The notes under the pieces are model-generated. The model was not told the DNA's origin. It searched no databases and saw nothing but the letters and a program-made list of their open reading frames with translations. A stretch of DNA of 63,166 nt, counting the filler, from Octopus bimaculoides (lineage: Eukaryota): assembly GCF_001194135.2 (NCBI RefSeq). It is 6 parts of 5 records of this genome, joined end to end, with 100 filler letters (N's around TTAATTAATTAA, not from the genome) between each part and the next. Parts side by side here need not be neighbours in the genome. Positions count along the whole stretch, not along the records: positions 1 to 9,912 come from NC_068983.1; positions 10,013 to 15,756 come from NC_068984.1; 4 more parts are not named here. One strand, given 5' to 3'. The translations under genes and the position numbers were made by a program. How positions within the stretch are numbered: position 1 is the first letter of the stretch; each line of letters opens with the position of its first letter. This document shows, one piece after another, positions 1 to 13,885 of this stretch.

Positions 1-453
1 ATATATATATATATATATAATATATGTTCATAAAACAATGTTACTTTATTGTTACTATAATAAGAATTTGTTTATTCTTATACATGCTAATAAAGTATAT
101 TCAATTTTGTTGGGATTTTTATTTGGCATGCTGCAAAATAAATTCTCCTCGCCCAGTGTGTTGTAAGGTAAAAAGGTTTGGCAGAAACTGATTTAAAGTT
201 TTATGCTGATTCTCTTAGCATTCTATGATGTGTAGTTGTATGTTAATTTAGACATGAAATATATATATATTTCTCCTTATGTCTCTATAGATACACATAC
301 ATATATACAGTAAAGCCTTGCATGTACATATTCAGTACACAGGGACATGTGTACACATATACATACACACATTTATACATATGGACATATATATGTGTGT
401 GTATGTATGTGTTTACGTGTATGCACATCTATCTATCTAATTTATTTATCTAT

Positions 454-491
<38 letters not shown>

Positions 492-559
492 TATTAAACC
501 TTGGGAGAGGCATTATGCCAGTAATAAACACATGCACTGGTTCGGTTCTTTATTTATTT

Positions 560-2290
560 ATAAACAGTATTTAGTTTTTTTGTTAAATCATTTCATTGCA
601 CTCTTGCAATTTCTTCAGTAACCCGTCTCTCCACTTCCATTTAATTTGAACGTATGATTCTGCGTTGTTTTGAAATTGTCCGGTATGAGCATGTGAGTGT
701 GTGCACGCTCGTATGTGTGTGTGCTTATATGTAAGCATGTGCGTCCATATGTGTGTTTGTTAAATTTCATTCATATCAGATAAGATAGAGACTTTGGACT
801 TGGTTTTGGTTTTCTCTCTGTTATTTTCTGTTTTCTTCGTAAATGCATCCTTTCATTTACACGTTCACGTTCTGTATTTTATGTGTGAACAACATCCGCA
901 ACCATGGGTAATGTAAGGCTTTTATCTACGTGTAATTACTATTCAAAATTGGTCGTGTTTCAGTTATGAGGACCAACTCTTGTATTTGCCGTAACGATGC
1001 GTCATCGGGGTGTCTAGACAGAATTTCAATGCTAATCCGGTCCAGTACACCACCATGTTGTTCTTTGGTATGCTGGTGGAGCACCGAGGTTTGTTTGTGA
1101 TTCTTGTAATTCCTCCAATGTTCATTTACACGCTCAGTCAAACTTCTCCCCATTTCACCTATGTATGCCATGTTTCCGTTTTTACAATCACCATCCATAC
1201 AGCTTATTCTGTAAACCACATTTCTGGTTTTGCAGTTGATACCAGGACTATATTTGCACACAATGCAATTCTCTTCTACACACCTTGTCCTTCTGAAGGG
1301 GCATGTTTTGCATATTATCGACCTAATGGATCTCCTTGGTTTTTCTATGACATTTATCTTCAACTTAGTACTTTTGAGGATTTTTCTAAATCTGTGAGCC
1401 AGTTCTCCATGTGGTGTAGCGTCTATAAACATTACTTCTTGGAACTTGTCAGTATTGTACCGCATATTCTTTCTGTTTGTTTTATCACTAATTCTTTGTA
1501 GTCGATTCCACTGTTTATTACAGTACCTAGGTCGTGTTCCATCTGTATCTTTGACAACAATCTCCTCAAATTTCTTGCTAGCTCCTCTGTTTACTCGGAT
1601 TCTATCTTTCTGGCTGTATCCCGAAAACTGCATGCGATGCATGAAGTCTTGTATATGTCTTTGCCTCTCCCAGGGACTGCACAGGGGGGATATGTTTTTC
1701 ATTATTCTGACTAAATCAGCTATTAATATATTAATTTTCACACTGTGTGATAGAGCTGAATTTTTATGGATAACATACTTTGAAGATATAGGTTTCATAT
1801 AATGTGAGTAGAGGATTTGAACTTTGTCGTTAATTGTTTCTCGCCAAAGTTTTGTGTCAAGTACCGAGAGTCTCTTGTTTAGGTGTCTTGTTGGGTAATC
1901 TATTGTTACCTTGATGCTCTGGTGTATTGTATTAGCTATAATCTAGATGTTTTCCATCACGATCTTCTCATTCTCTTCAGTCTGAATGTTTGATGGTGTT
2001 TTGACTACGATGTTTATGTCATCCACATATCTCCCATACAGTTTGATTGTTATTGAGTGTTCTTCGAGAGTTGTTTTCAGCTTTTTGTCCCACCAGGTCA
2101 TGAATAGGCTTGCCACGTCTCTGGCCACACTGACACCAATAGCTGCTCCCTGGACCTGCATGTATAGTCTTTCATTGAATTTAACTATATGGTTCTGCAG
2201 GGTGGTCTTCAGACTTGCACCTACAGCATGTGCAACCATTTTTCGTGTTTGGATATTTGTATTCCATCCATTCCAACGCTCCATGGTGGT
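560..2290 (-). mobile_element. Degraded, 5'-truncated Penelope-like retroelement (RT + GIY-YIG endonuclease), probably Neptune-type
   Basis: ORF 1943-2284 carries RT motifs (LYMQVQGAAIGVSVARDVASLFM; YGRYVDDINIV). ORF 926-1798 carries the thumb/linker plus a GIY-YIG domain (NVVYRISC...AYIGEMGRSLTERVNEH...RQIQE...LNS), preceded by a Cys cluster (CPFRRTRCVEENCIVC...C) of the kind described for Neptune-group elements. The frame is broken between the two ORFs. A hammerhead core lies in the 3' flank. Confidence 0.9.
582..624 (-). ncRNA. Minimal hammerhead ribozyme motif in the Penelope 3' pseudo-LTR region
   Basis: Minus strand reads GGGTTA-CTGAAGA-A-ATTGCA-AGAG-TGCAAT-GAAA-TGATT-TAAC: CUGANGA core, perfect 6-bp helix II, GAAA, rudimentary helix III and a 4-bp helix I (GTTA/TAAC). 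It is on the sense strand of the element, about 300 nt after the ORF stop. Confidence 0.7.
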
Positions 2291-4373
2291 TTTTCTAGCA
2301 GCTGATGTGATCTTTGGTTATGAATGACAATGGGATTGCACCTAGAAAGTTACCCTCCAAAGCACAAGTCCAGGCAAGGTTGTTTTTGTGGAATGCTAGC
2401 AGCTGCCCATGCATACCAGCCTCCCCTCTCCATGCCACCAATGTTATCCAAGGGAAAGGCAAAGGCCAAATACATCTTGGCACCAGTGATACCATAACTC
2501 ATTTCTACAGCTGATTGAACTAGAGCAATGAGAAATAAAGTGTCTTGCTCAAGAACACAACATACAGCCCAGTCCGGGAATCAAACTCTCTACCTCATGA
2601 TTGTAAGTATGCCCAACACTCTAACCAGTGAGCCAGGTGCCTTCATCTATATAGCACACTTAATATGCTATACCAGATTTTTAATAAGCTGGGTTACTAC
2701 TTACAACATCCGTGAATGTTTATTTCCTTTTCTTTTATTAGAGACAACAAACTCTCATTCGAGTATGTGGCTGGGTGTGAATACTTTGCCATTGAAAAGG
2801 TTCAAAATTACTGAAATGCATTTGATGCTCTCACTGGTCACTGCTGGGATGAATTTTCATCTCTCTCTGATATTTGATGTATTTTAAACACAGCAAGTCC
2901 ATGAGAGATTTCAGGACACATACTGCCTTAACTGACCAATCAACAGTGTGCATACATAATGTTGTATATATAGTTGGCTATGTCCTTATCTACTGTCATA
3001 TTTCTTTATTTATTAGAGTGGCCTTATCTGGTTAACCATTTAGCATTTAGCCCTGTAACATTCAGATTTCTCTGTCAAATGTAGTGCTTATTTATTCACA
3101 TTGATTTGAATTAGTTGTGTATGACCTTGTAGCTTTGAGATTTCAATGATGATTGTTTATTTTCAGAATAATATTGTAGTGGAAGTGTGAGAGACTGAAT
3201 CTGGCTAGTATGGAGATAAAACAGGGCTGAACATTTTGGCCAGATATGGCTAATTCAAATGCTAAAGGGTTAGACTGACCATATCTAGCCGAAGTATAGT
3301 ACCTGTTTTATGTTCAAAAACATAAAACTGGTCAGATCTGGCTCCTCACAGCTGCCTTACAATGTCATTGTAAAAATAAACAATCACATCATCGATATTT
3401 CCAAATTACAAAGTAATACATTATTAACTCAAAACAATGTGAATAAATAAGCTTTACATTTGACAGAGCAGTCTGGGTGCTAAAGGGTTAAGACAGAGGA
3501 TCATTTCACTGTTAATAACAGGCTAAAGTAAAAGACAATTGCCCAAGGTGCCATGCAGTGGGATTGAACCTGGAACCATGTCGTTGGGAAACAAGCTCCT
3601 TACCACACAGCCATGCTTGCGCCTATATATTTATAATTTGTTCTTATAGTCAAAATGCACCTCCACTACCTCCTCCTCACATTTTCTAGGCCTAAGACCT
3701 CAAACAGTGTCTGTGACACAAAATAAAAAAGCACCTAGTATTCACTATTAAAGTGGTTTGTGTTTGGAAGGGCATCCAGTGATAGAAACCCTGCCAAAAC
3801 AGACATAGGAGATAGGTTTAGTCCTTGAACCCTTTGGATACTGCCAAACTATCCAGCCCAAGCCAGCAGAGAAATGATGATGATGACGACGACGACGACG
3901 ACGACGATGACAATGATGATGATGATACATACATACATGTGTGTGTGTGTGTGTGCATCAAGTTTATACATAATTTGTGTCATCCACAGTATTTTTTATA
4001 AGCTTTATTCAATCATCTTAAATAAATCATATTAAATAAATAAATAAGTAAATAAGATAAATTCTTTCACTGATGATGGGATAAAATGAGAAAAATGCTT
4101 TGAAACTTGTAATGGTCTCTCCATTTATCAAATATTTTCATACGTATTTTACTACAAAAGCAAAAATATCAATAATAATATTCTGATCGCAAGAATATAT
4201 TAACAAGAAGAAAGAAAACACCTCTCTCTCTCTCTCTACCTCTCACTCTCTCTCTCTCTCACCCTTTTATATGTACCCCTATTTCCTAATCATCAGAAAA
4301 AGCAAACAAATAGTAAAGAAACAGAAAAAATTCCAAAGGTAAAAGCAATCTAGAAGTGTATGTGGCATGAAAG

Positions 4374-4409
<36 letters not shown>

Positions 4410-4863
4410 TCAGATAGATAGATAGATAGATAGATAGATGCACACACAGATATCTATCTCTCTATCTATCTCTCTATCTATCTATATATATATATATATA
4501 TACATATATAATATATACATGCGTATATGTATGTGTGAGAAAAAGTATTTACAAAATTATATACTTTTAAGATAAGCGTATTATAATCATGAATATTTTA
4601 CATGCCATATTAGACAAGAAGTTATAGAGAAAGCATAATTCATGTCATACTTTACACTGAGTTTATCATTGCACAAATCAGATACAGAACAATCCTTTTA
4701 GCAATTTTTACTGGTGACAGTAAAGAAATATTGATTTTTGACATTAGCACTAGGTACCATATTTTAGATGGAGGAAAACCCTATCAATAACGAGATATGA
4801 CAATGAGTAATTAAATTTTTCTGATTTAGATGTGTGTGTGTATATGTATCTATGTATATATGC

Positions 4864-4900
<37 letters not shown>

Positions 4901-5000
4901 NNNNNNNNNNNNNNNNNNNNNNNNNNNNNNNNNNNNNNNNNNNNNNNNNNNNNNNNNNNNNNNNNNNNNNNNNNNNNNNNNNNNNNNNNNNNNNNNNNNN

Positions 5001-5031
<31 letters not shown>

Positions 5032-5774
5032 TACATGTATACTTTATTAAAATGCAGCAGAAATATATGCTTACTCCGGTATATATATAATTAATCAAAC
5101 AAATAGAGAAAAAAGACAAGAAAAAAACAACAATGTGAGGACATGGTACATGCAAAGTATTAATAAGACGCTCAGAGAAGGAAAGAAAGAGTGGCTGTTT
5201 TATGTTTTGAGTAAAACTCTTCTTCAGAAACAGGAGACATAGGAAAGTCCAAAAGAAAAGGAAGGAGGAAAATAATCGCCAACGTGTTGTTACATTTTGG
5301 AATGACCAGAAGTAGATGGACAAAGAGAAAGTGCTTTCTGGGACAGGAGTGTGTGAACAATGGTTGGTACCTGTGTGGGTGTGTGCGCAGTGGTATGTGT
5401 GTGTGTGTGTGTGCAGTGGTATGTATGTGTGTGTGTTCATGTGTGTCTGGGAGTGTGTATGTGCATGTGAGTGAGTGTGGAATTGTGTGTATGTGTGTGC
5501 ATGTATGTGCTGTGTGTGTGTTGTGTGTGCGGAGGTATATGTGCATTCATGTGTGTGTGCATGCGTGTGTGTGTCTGTGTGTGTGTGTGCATGTATGTAC
5601 ATGTGCACATGTACATGTGTGTTGTGCATGTGGTGGTGTATGTGTGTTCATGTCTGTGTGCATGCATATGTATATGCATGTATGTATGTATGTATGTGTG
5701 TGTGNNNNNNNNNNCTATATGTGTGTGTGTGTGTGTGTGTGTGTGAGAATCTATATGTATGTATGTGTGTATCG

Positions 5775-6279
5775 AACCGAATCTGACGACTGGCACCCAT
5801 GCCAACCTCTCCTTCATTGGACACTAAACTCTGCATCAGTGGAGCACTGTCTGAGCATGTTCATTGCCAGAGCAACTGTCTGACTTCCGTGCTAGTGACC
5901 CGTAAATAGTACTATTTGAGCGTAATCATTACCAGCGTCACCTTCTAGCACTTGTGCTGGTGGCACGTTAGAAAATCACTTGAGCGAGGTCTTTGCCAGT
6001 GCTGCTGGAATGGCTCCCGTGCAGGTGGCACGTAAAAAACACCTTTTGAGTGAGGCCGTTGCCAGTACCGTGTGACTGGCCCTCATGCCGGTGGCACGTA
6101 AAAGCACCCACTACACTCTCGGAGTGGTTGGCATTAGGAAGGGCATCCAGCTGTAGAAAGTCTGCCAGATCAGATTGGAGCCTGGTGTAGCCATCTGGTT
6201 CGCCAGTCCTCAGTCAAATCGTCCAACCCATGCTTGCATGGAAAGCAGACGTTAAACAATGATGCTGATGATGATGATG
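5775..6279 (+). mobile_element. SINE family S1 (RTE-type 3' tail ending in (GAT)n, internal tandem GGCACGTAAAA units)
   Basis: Ends ...GTCAAATCGTCCAACCCATGCT(A/T)GCATGGAAAGC(A/G)GACGTTAAA + (GAT)n. Related copies at about 3755-3930(+), 7640-7910(-), 8505-8800(-), 26105-26490(-), 37740-37975(+), 38752-38905(-), 42530-42645(-), 47000-47148(+), 50130-50295(+), 56430-56690(-) and 59790-60048(-). Confidence 0.8.
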
Positions 6280-7639
6280 TATGTGTGTGTATGTATATAT
6301 ATATATATATATNNNNNNNNNNNNNNNNNNNNNNNNNNNNNNNNNNNNNNNNNNNNNNNNNNNNNNNNNNNNNNNNNNNNNNNNNNNNNNNNNNNNNNNN
6401 NNNNNNNNNNNNNNNNNNNNNNNNNNNNNNNNNNNNNNNNNNNNNNNNNNNNNNNNNNNNNNNNNNNNNNNNNNNNNNNNNNNNNNNNNNNNNNNNNNNN
6501 NNNTATACTGGAAAAGAACAACATTTATACTCATGTCAAAGTAAAAGATGGAAAGAGAGCAATTGAGAAATATAGCATTAATAAAGCATAGAAATAAAAT
6601 GAAATAGACAAATGAATTTCTTTTTAAATTTGCTAGAAAGAAAATAAAACTGGAGGAGTGGAGAGCTACTAGAAGAGAAGAAAATTCAGCAGAGCTGGTA
6701 ATGAAAGCAATTGTTTGTGTTTTGAAAAAATATAACACTCAAATCAAAGAAGAATGAAATAATTGATTAACAACCATTATTGGAACATCCTGGAAGATCA
6801 GGAGTTAACAGGAAACAAAAAAAAAGATAGTTTGAAAACTTAAGGAATAATTTACAAAATATATATTAGCAATTTTTTTTCATGTGGTCAAAGCAAAGAA
6901 AAAAACATTAGAGCCACTTTTATATTATATGAGAATATTGAATCTAGAATAAAAGAATAAATAGTTTATCTAGAAATACATTACTACAACTATGTCTAGA
7001 ATTACATTACTACAGCTATATCTTTCTCATTGTTTTACATCTGCTTTCTATGTTAGCATAAGTTGAATGGGTTGCCATTGTCTAAGTTCTTATATGGAGA
7101 TGAATTCAGAAAAAAAAGACACAGAGAGATGTCACTGAAAAAGGGTTTTATTTTGCTTAAGAAATTGAATAAAAGGTTGGTTCTTTTTGTCATATATGTG
7201 TAATTCCATCATATAAAAATCATGTACAAGTTAGGTACAATGAGTTAGTTTTATTACTTTAATTGTATATAAGAGTTTAAATAAAATGTGACATTTATTC
7301 AGGTGATTTTTTTTCCTAGATAAGATGGTGACATTTTTCCAGTGTCTATTTTTCCAGACATTTTGGAGATACCCTAGATGATATGAAGGACCACATCTCA
7401 CTTGTGTGCTTCAATATTTTGACTTGGTAAGGCAACGAGCTGGCAAAAACATTAGCACACTGGGCGAAATGCTTAGCGGTATTTCAACTGTCTTTGCGTT
7501 CTGAGTTCAAATTCCGCCGTGGTTGACTTTGCCTTTCATCCTTTCAGGATCGATAAATTATGTACCAGTTGCATACAGATCTCTCTTTACATGAAACCTT
7601 TGGTAGATTTTTTAACCCACAAATAAAGTATATACATAT

Positions 7640-7672
<33 letters not shown>

Positions 7673-7960
7673 GTTTAATGTCCGCTTTCCATGCTAGCAT
7701 GGGTTGGACGATTTGACTGAGGACTAGTGAACCAGATGGCTACACCAGGCTCCAATCTGATTTGGCAGAGTTTCTACAGTTGGATGCCCTGCCTAACACC
7801 AACCACTCCGAAAGTGTAGTGGGTGCTTTTACATGCCACCGGCACAAAAGCTAGTCAGGAGGTACTGGCAACGGCCACGCTCGAAATGGTGCATTTTATG
7901 TGCCACCTGCAATATATATATATAGTAAGAATTGATATTACCTGAGATATACTGATACAT

Positions 7961-7995
<35 letters not shown>

Positions 7996-9836
7996 CATCA
8001 TCATCGTCATCATCATATATAGACTAATGTTTGTTAACCTTATGCATAACATAGTTATTTCACAAAAAAATTGATAAATTAGGAAAAAATACAAAAGATT
8101 ATAGAAGTTGAAGCCTGATAATACCAAAGTCCAGAAACTGAATGACTTTTTATAAAATGAGAAAATAAGAAAGTCTGGTAAATCATGAAACTTGTCCTGA
8201 GCTAAAAAAAACATGACAGATGCTTAGACAAACTTAATAGGAAATAAATGGATACAAACGAGTTTTATAAATATACATACACAAGTGGGTTGTCCTATTG
8301 TCCTGAAAGTAATGCAAAAACAGGTATAAGTTTTTGATATATATGTATATTATCATGATTTATAAATATTTGTTTCTCTTTTCTTGACTTGCCTTTGAAA
8401 GCAAAGATTTATGGAGCAGGATGTCTACGTCTGGTGCAGGTTTCTCAATATTCAACAAGTCCAGGATTGGTTGTAGTCTCCTTGTTTTCTCTCCTTCTTC
8501 TCTGCATCGTTGTCGTCATCGTCATCATTTAACGTCCGCTTTCCATGCTAGCATGGGTTGGACGATTTGACTGAGGACTGGTGAACCAGATGGCTACACC
8601 AGGCTCCAATCTGATTTGGCAGAGTTTCTACAGCTGGATGCCCTTCCTAACGCCAACCACTCAGAGAGTGTAGTGGGTGCTTTTACATGCCACCGGCACG
8701 AGGGCCAGTCAGGCGGTACTGGCAACGGCCACGCTCGAAATGGTGTATTTTACGTGCCACCTGCACAGGAGCCAGTCCAGCGGCACTGGCAACGATCTTG
8801 CTCGAATATGTATGTATATGTGTGTGCGTGTGTCTATAGATATATGTATATTCATTTTACACGAGTGTGCTTGTGTGTGTGGTATGAACAGGTCTCTACA
8901 TGTATATGTCTCTACATGTACATGTCTCCTTCAACATACACACACAAGAGAGAGAACTTGCATAGATGTAGGAGGCAAAGGGTTGTGGTGGGAGTAGGGA
9001 TAGCTTCCTCGAATTCCGTTGTTTTTTTCCTTTTTTTTTCACTTTCTTTTTTTTTATCAAGAAACATAACTAACAAATGTAAGAAGACATAGACAGGCAG
9101 ACGCTGGGGGGAGGGACACGCATGGATTGTGGATGTATCACAAGACAGACAGACAGAGAGACATGTTAGGTCTCTCATCATCAAGATTAAAACTGATGTG
9201 GTGCTTTTGAAAGGTTAAAGCCTTGATGATGTAGAGAAGAGGATTACATGTGTCAGATGGAAGTTGTTGAGGCAAATTTTCTATGGTTGGATGCCTTTCC
9301 TGTTGCCAACACTTAACTATTTTGAAGTAAGGTAATATTTTAGGGTATGTTTTTATGGGAGATTGGAAATGAAGAACATCACCTGCATGATGGTGACACT
9401 CTCTTATAAGAATCAAGACAAGCAGACACCAACTCACAAACATGCACGCACGCACACGCACACACACACACACACACACACACCCTTTATCTTTTACTTG
9501 TTACAATCATTTGACTGTGGCCATACTGGGGTTTAGTCAAACTAATTGACATCAGTACTTTTTTTTTTTTTAAGCCTGGTACTTATTCTATTGATCACTC
9601 CTGCTGAACCACTTGTTATGGGCATTTAAACAAATACTTGTCAAGCAGTAGTGGGGCAAAGCATGCACACACGCGCGTGCGCACGCATACACACACACAC
9701 ATTTCCATCTACTCACAAAATTTTAGTTGGCCTGGGGCTGTTATAGAAGACACTATCCCATGCAGTGAGGCTGAACCCAGAACCATGTGGCTGAGAAGCA
9801 AAAACACAGACACTCCTGCACCTATCTATCTATATA

Positions 9837-9880
<44 letters not shown>

Positions 9881-9912
9881 GTGCAGGCATGGATGTGTGG
9901 TTAGAAGCTTGC

Positions 9913-10012
9913 NNNNNNNNNNNNNNNNNNNNNNNNNNNNNNNNNNNNNNNNNNNNTTAATTAATTAANNNNNNNNNNNNNNNNNNNNNNNNNNNNNNNN
10001 NNNNNNNNNNNN
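9913..10012. other. Artificial assembly spacer (44N + TTAATTAATTAA + 44N)
   Basis: Exact 100-bp pattern. The 12-mer has stop codons in all six frames. The same spacer occurs five times in the window. Confidence 0.97.
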
Positions 10013-10881
10013 GGGTATAAGAGAGGGAAGGTGGATTAAGAGAGGGGGAAGGTGGGTATGGGGGGAGAGAAAGAGGGGAAGGTGGGTATGGGGGGAGAAA
10101 GAGAGGAAGAGAAAGAGAGGAAGAGAAAGAGAGTGAGAGAGAGGGAAGAGGGGTATGGGGGGAGAAAGGGAGGAAGAGAAAGAGAGTGAGAGAGAGGGGA
10201 AGAGAGTGAGAGAGTAAGGGTGAGAGAGTAAGAGAGTAAGAGAGTAAGGGTGAGAGAGTAAGATATATATATCCATATTTTTACATAAGCAGACACGCAC
10301 ACGCATGCACACACATATACACACGTATACACATATACACATATATACACATGTATATACATAAACGTACACGTACACGCACGTTCACAGACACATACTG
10401 ACACATATATGTATACATACATACACATACACATATATACATATATACACATAAATATACACGCACATACAGAGACACACAAACATACACACACACGCAC
10501 ACACACGCATACGCATACACACTCCTAAAACGAAATACACCAAAGAAATATATGGAACAAATTCGTGTTATGTGTTGAATAGTTATCGTACTTGAAAAAA
10601 ATCGAAGTTCTTTCTCGACAAACCGTGGAAACATCCTTAAAACGCTTCTCAACATTTCATTTATCATACACACGGAATATACACAAGTATTTGGATAACA
10701 AGATATAAATATGTTTCAGCCATTTTCCCATTAACTTAAAATTGTTTTTTCTTTCTTTCTTTCCTGTTTTTCTGCTTGTATTCTTTGGTAATAATGTACT
10801 TTAAAAAATCACGGTTTTCCTCTATGTGGTTGCTCATTATACTAGAAATAGCAGTTAAGTTCTGCTGGAATGTATTTGCTT

Positions 10882-11286
10882 ATAGGTCTGCTGAATGTAA
10901 TTCAAAGGGTCAGCCTTGTAACACTGTGTCACGCTGAATATCCCCGAGAACTACGTTAAGGGTATACGTCTCTCTGGAGTGCTCAGCCACTTGCACGTTA
11001 ATTTCACGAGCAGGCTGTTCCGTTGATCGGATCAACTGGAACCCTCGACGTCGTAAGCGACGGAGTGCCAACAACAACAAATAGGTCCGCTGAATGTAAT
11101 TCAAAGGGCCAGCCTTGTCACACTGTGTCACGCTGAATATCTCCGAGAACTACGCTAAGGGTACACGTGTCTGTGGAGTGCTCAGCCACTTGCACGTTAA
11201 TTTAACGAGCAGGCTGTTCCGTTGAACGGATCAACTGGAACCCTCGACGTCGTAAGCGACGGAGTGCCAACAACAACATAGGTCTG
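10882..11286 (+). mobile_element. Tandem pair of 5'-truncated S3 SINE 3' modules with (CAA)n tails
   Basis: Two ~198-bp units, CTGAATGTAATTCAAAGGG...CGACGGAGTGCCAACAACAAC, bounded and separated by ATAGGTC(T/C)G at 10882, 11081 and 11278. Confidence 0.85.
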
Positions 11287-11883
11287 GTGGATCAGGGCTA
11301 ACCAATGACTAAACAACAGAAGCAGCTATTTAGTTTCTTCCGAAAACAGATCTCTAATGGACATGTGCTTAAAAACACGATATTGAACGGGGGGAGACAA
11401 AAAAACATTCCGGCAGCGGATGGCGAGAACATCATTTTGGCTCTCCGATATATGAAGCAGTGAATAACACATTCACTGATTTTGTGAATGGATGCCGGGC
11501 TGAATAAATAATCCGGTGTATTCTATTGAATAGATATTAGCACGTCCATAAAATATCTTTTTTTAATCTCAAGCGAAAACTTCAGTAGCTTGCTGGTGAA
11601 CGGCAATTATATATTAAATATGGTTCATAGATGGCTATTATTTTTTATGAATAGTTAATAAGATAGAAATAGTATGTGTTAATAGTACGTATTGTTCAAA
11701 CTCCTATATAATCAGATTTTTCGACTACGAATTTCATACACGACTTTTATTGTAAATCTAGATAGTCAATCTTGGTACTGATAACGTACCGGATAGCATA
11801 TTTTGTGTGATAAATATAATGGGAGGTATTGTGAATATTACGAAGAATTTCGGTTTAAAAAGGATTAAGTCAAAATCATTTAC

Positions 11884-12118
11884 ACTTTTACTCTTTTACT
11901 TGTTTCGGTCATTTGACTGCGGCCATGCTGGAGCACCGCCTTTATAGTCGAGCAAATCGACCCCAGAGCTTATTTTTTGTAAGCCTAGTTCTTTTCCTAT
12001 TGGTCTCTTTTGCCGAACCGCTAAGTTACGGGGACGCAAACACATCAGCATCGGTTGTCAAGCGATGCTGGGGAGGAGGACAAACAGACACACAAACATA
12101 TACACACACATACATACA

Positions 12119-12196
<78 letters not shown>

Positions 12197-12368
12197 TATA
12201 TACATATACGACGGGCTTCTTTCAGTTTCCGCCTACCAAATCCACTCACAAGGCTTTGGTCGGCCCGAGGCTATCGTAGAAGACACTTGCTCAAGGTACC
12301 ACGCAGTGGGAGTAAACCCGGGACCATGTGGTTGGTAAGCAAGCTACTTACCACACAACCACTCCTAC
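11884..12368 (-). mobile_element. tRNA-derived SINE family S2 (central TA/CA microsatellite, (TAAAAGAG)n tail)
   Basis: Minus strand: tRNA-like head with B-box-like GGTT..GTCCCAC, body GGCACCTTGGGCAAGTGTCTTCTACTATAGCCTCGGGCCGACC..., tail GACTGAAACAAGTAAAAGAG. Other copies at 13640-14100(-), 17612-17960(-), 18599-18935(+), 53335-53710(-) and 55580-55980(+), plus many partial ones. Confidence 0.85.
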
Positions 12369-12448
12369 GCCTCATTTATGTATACACAATTAGACAAGCA
12401 CACACGCACACATGCACGCACACACACAAACACACACACACACACACA

Positions 12449-12495
<47 letters not shown>

Positions 12496-13073
12496 TGATA
12501 CACACTTTGTCTTTTTCTCTCAAACAAACTTATATATTGCACTGAAATGAAATGATTCGTCACAAATGGCCATATATTTGGCTCTACTACGAACTTTTTA
12601 AACGATTAAAATATTTGGGGAGGCTCAAAAAATTTGTGAAAAAATGAGATGGTTTATTTGAAGGTTGGTTTATTCTAAATATAAACTAAGTAATTTTATA
12701 TTGAATGGAGAGAAGGGAAGAAATATTGAGTAGAAAAAATGTGGTTAGGGATGGACTGAGGATAACAAAAGTACTGCAGATGTATAATTTCTGTATAGAA
12801 AGATAAAAATTAAAGTGCATAGGGAACAAAGGAAAAAACCACGTGATTAGATAGGAGTGAGGTAGCAAAGGAGTAGTATGCGTGTATGTGTGCGTGTATA
12901 TATACATATATACACTCCCCACATACACACACTTATATACATGCATATATAGTGAGATATGTAGACATATAGACAGATATGTTTAAGTGAGTGCATGGCA
13001 GTATACAACAGACGTTCTCATACACACAAACACAAACACAAACACAAACACAAACACACACATTTATATATAT

Positions 13074-13109
<36 letters not shown>

Positions 13110-13119
13110 NNNNNNNNNN

Positions 13120-13158
<39 letters not shown>

Positions 13159-13452
13159 ATGCACACACAGTGTACTGGAGTGAAATGTTCGGCTTGTTGG
13201 TAACTAAACCAAATAGCCATATATAGAGTCTGGCCACGTCATTGGATGGCGCCATATTTCCGATTGTTGAAAAATCCATGAACAATGATATTAGAATAAA
13301 ATTACAGAGGCTCCTATATCTTTGTAAACACTCAGACACATTGATGCAAAAGCAGATATGGATACATAAACATAGATGTGTACACACACACATACATACA
13401 CACATACATACACACATATACATACACGCACAATCACACACATATGTATGTA

Positions 13453-13527
<75 letters not shown>

Positions 13528-13845
13528 AATTAGCTGTCAAGCTTTCAAACTACGTGTATGTACATATACTATTCACATATATATATATGTGTGTGTTTGT
13601 GTGTGTATATATATATTCATATGCGTTTTTAAATATAGATACTCTTTTTACTCTTTTACTTGTTTCAGTCATTTGACTGTGGCCATGCTGGAGTACCGCC
13701 TTTAGTCGAGCAAATCGACCCCTGAAGCCTAGTATTTATTCTATCGGTCTCTTTTGCCGAATCGCTAAATTACGGGGACGTAAACACACCAGCATCGGTT
13801 GTCAAGTGATGTTGGGGGACAAATACAGACACACAGACATATAAA

Positions 13846-13885
<40 letters not shown>

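Noticed and set aside
4070-4106. CTGATGA...GAAAC hammerhead-like spacing
   Set aside because: The intervening 25 nt do not form helix II and helix I pairing is poor. At best it is a decayed pseudo-LTR.
6504-6860. A-rich ORF fragments suggesting a decayed LINE or transposase
   Set aside because: No diagnostic motif could be read with confidence.
7358-7430. Exon-like plus-strand stretch (HFGDTLDDMKDHISLVCFNILT) with a gtaagg donor
   Set aside because: The apparent donor is created by the start of an S4 SINE head. There are no neighbouring exons and no homology.
8385-8500. Exon-like minus-strand stretch (RRLQPILDLLNIEKPAPDVDILLHKSLLSK) ending AAG|gcaagt
   Set aside because: There is no polypyrimidine acceptor (it abuts a SINE tail), no recognisable homology, and no partner exon found.
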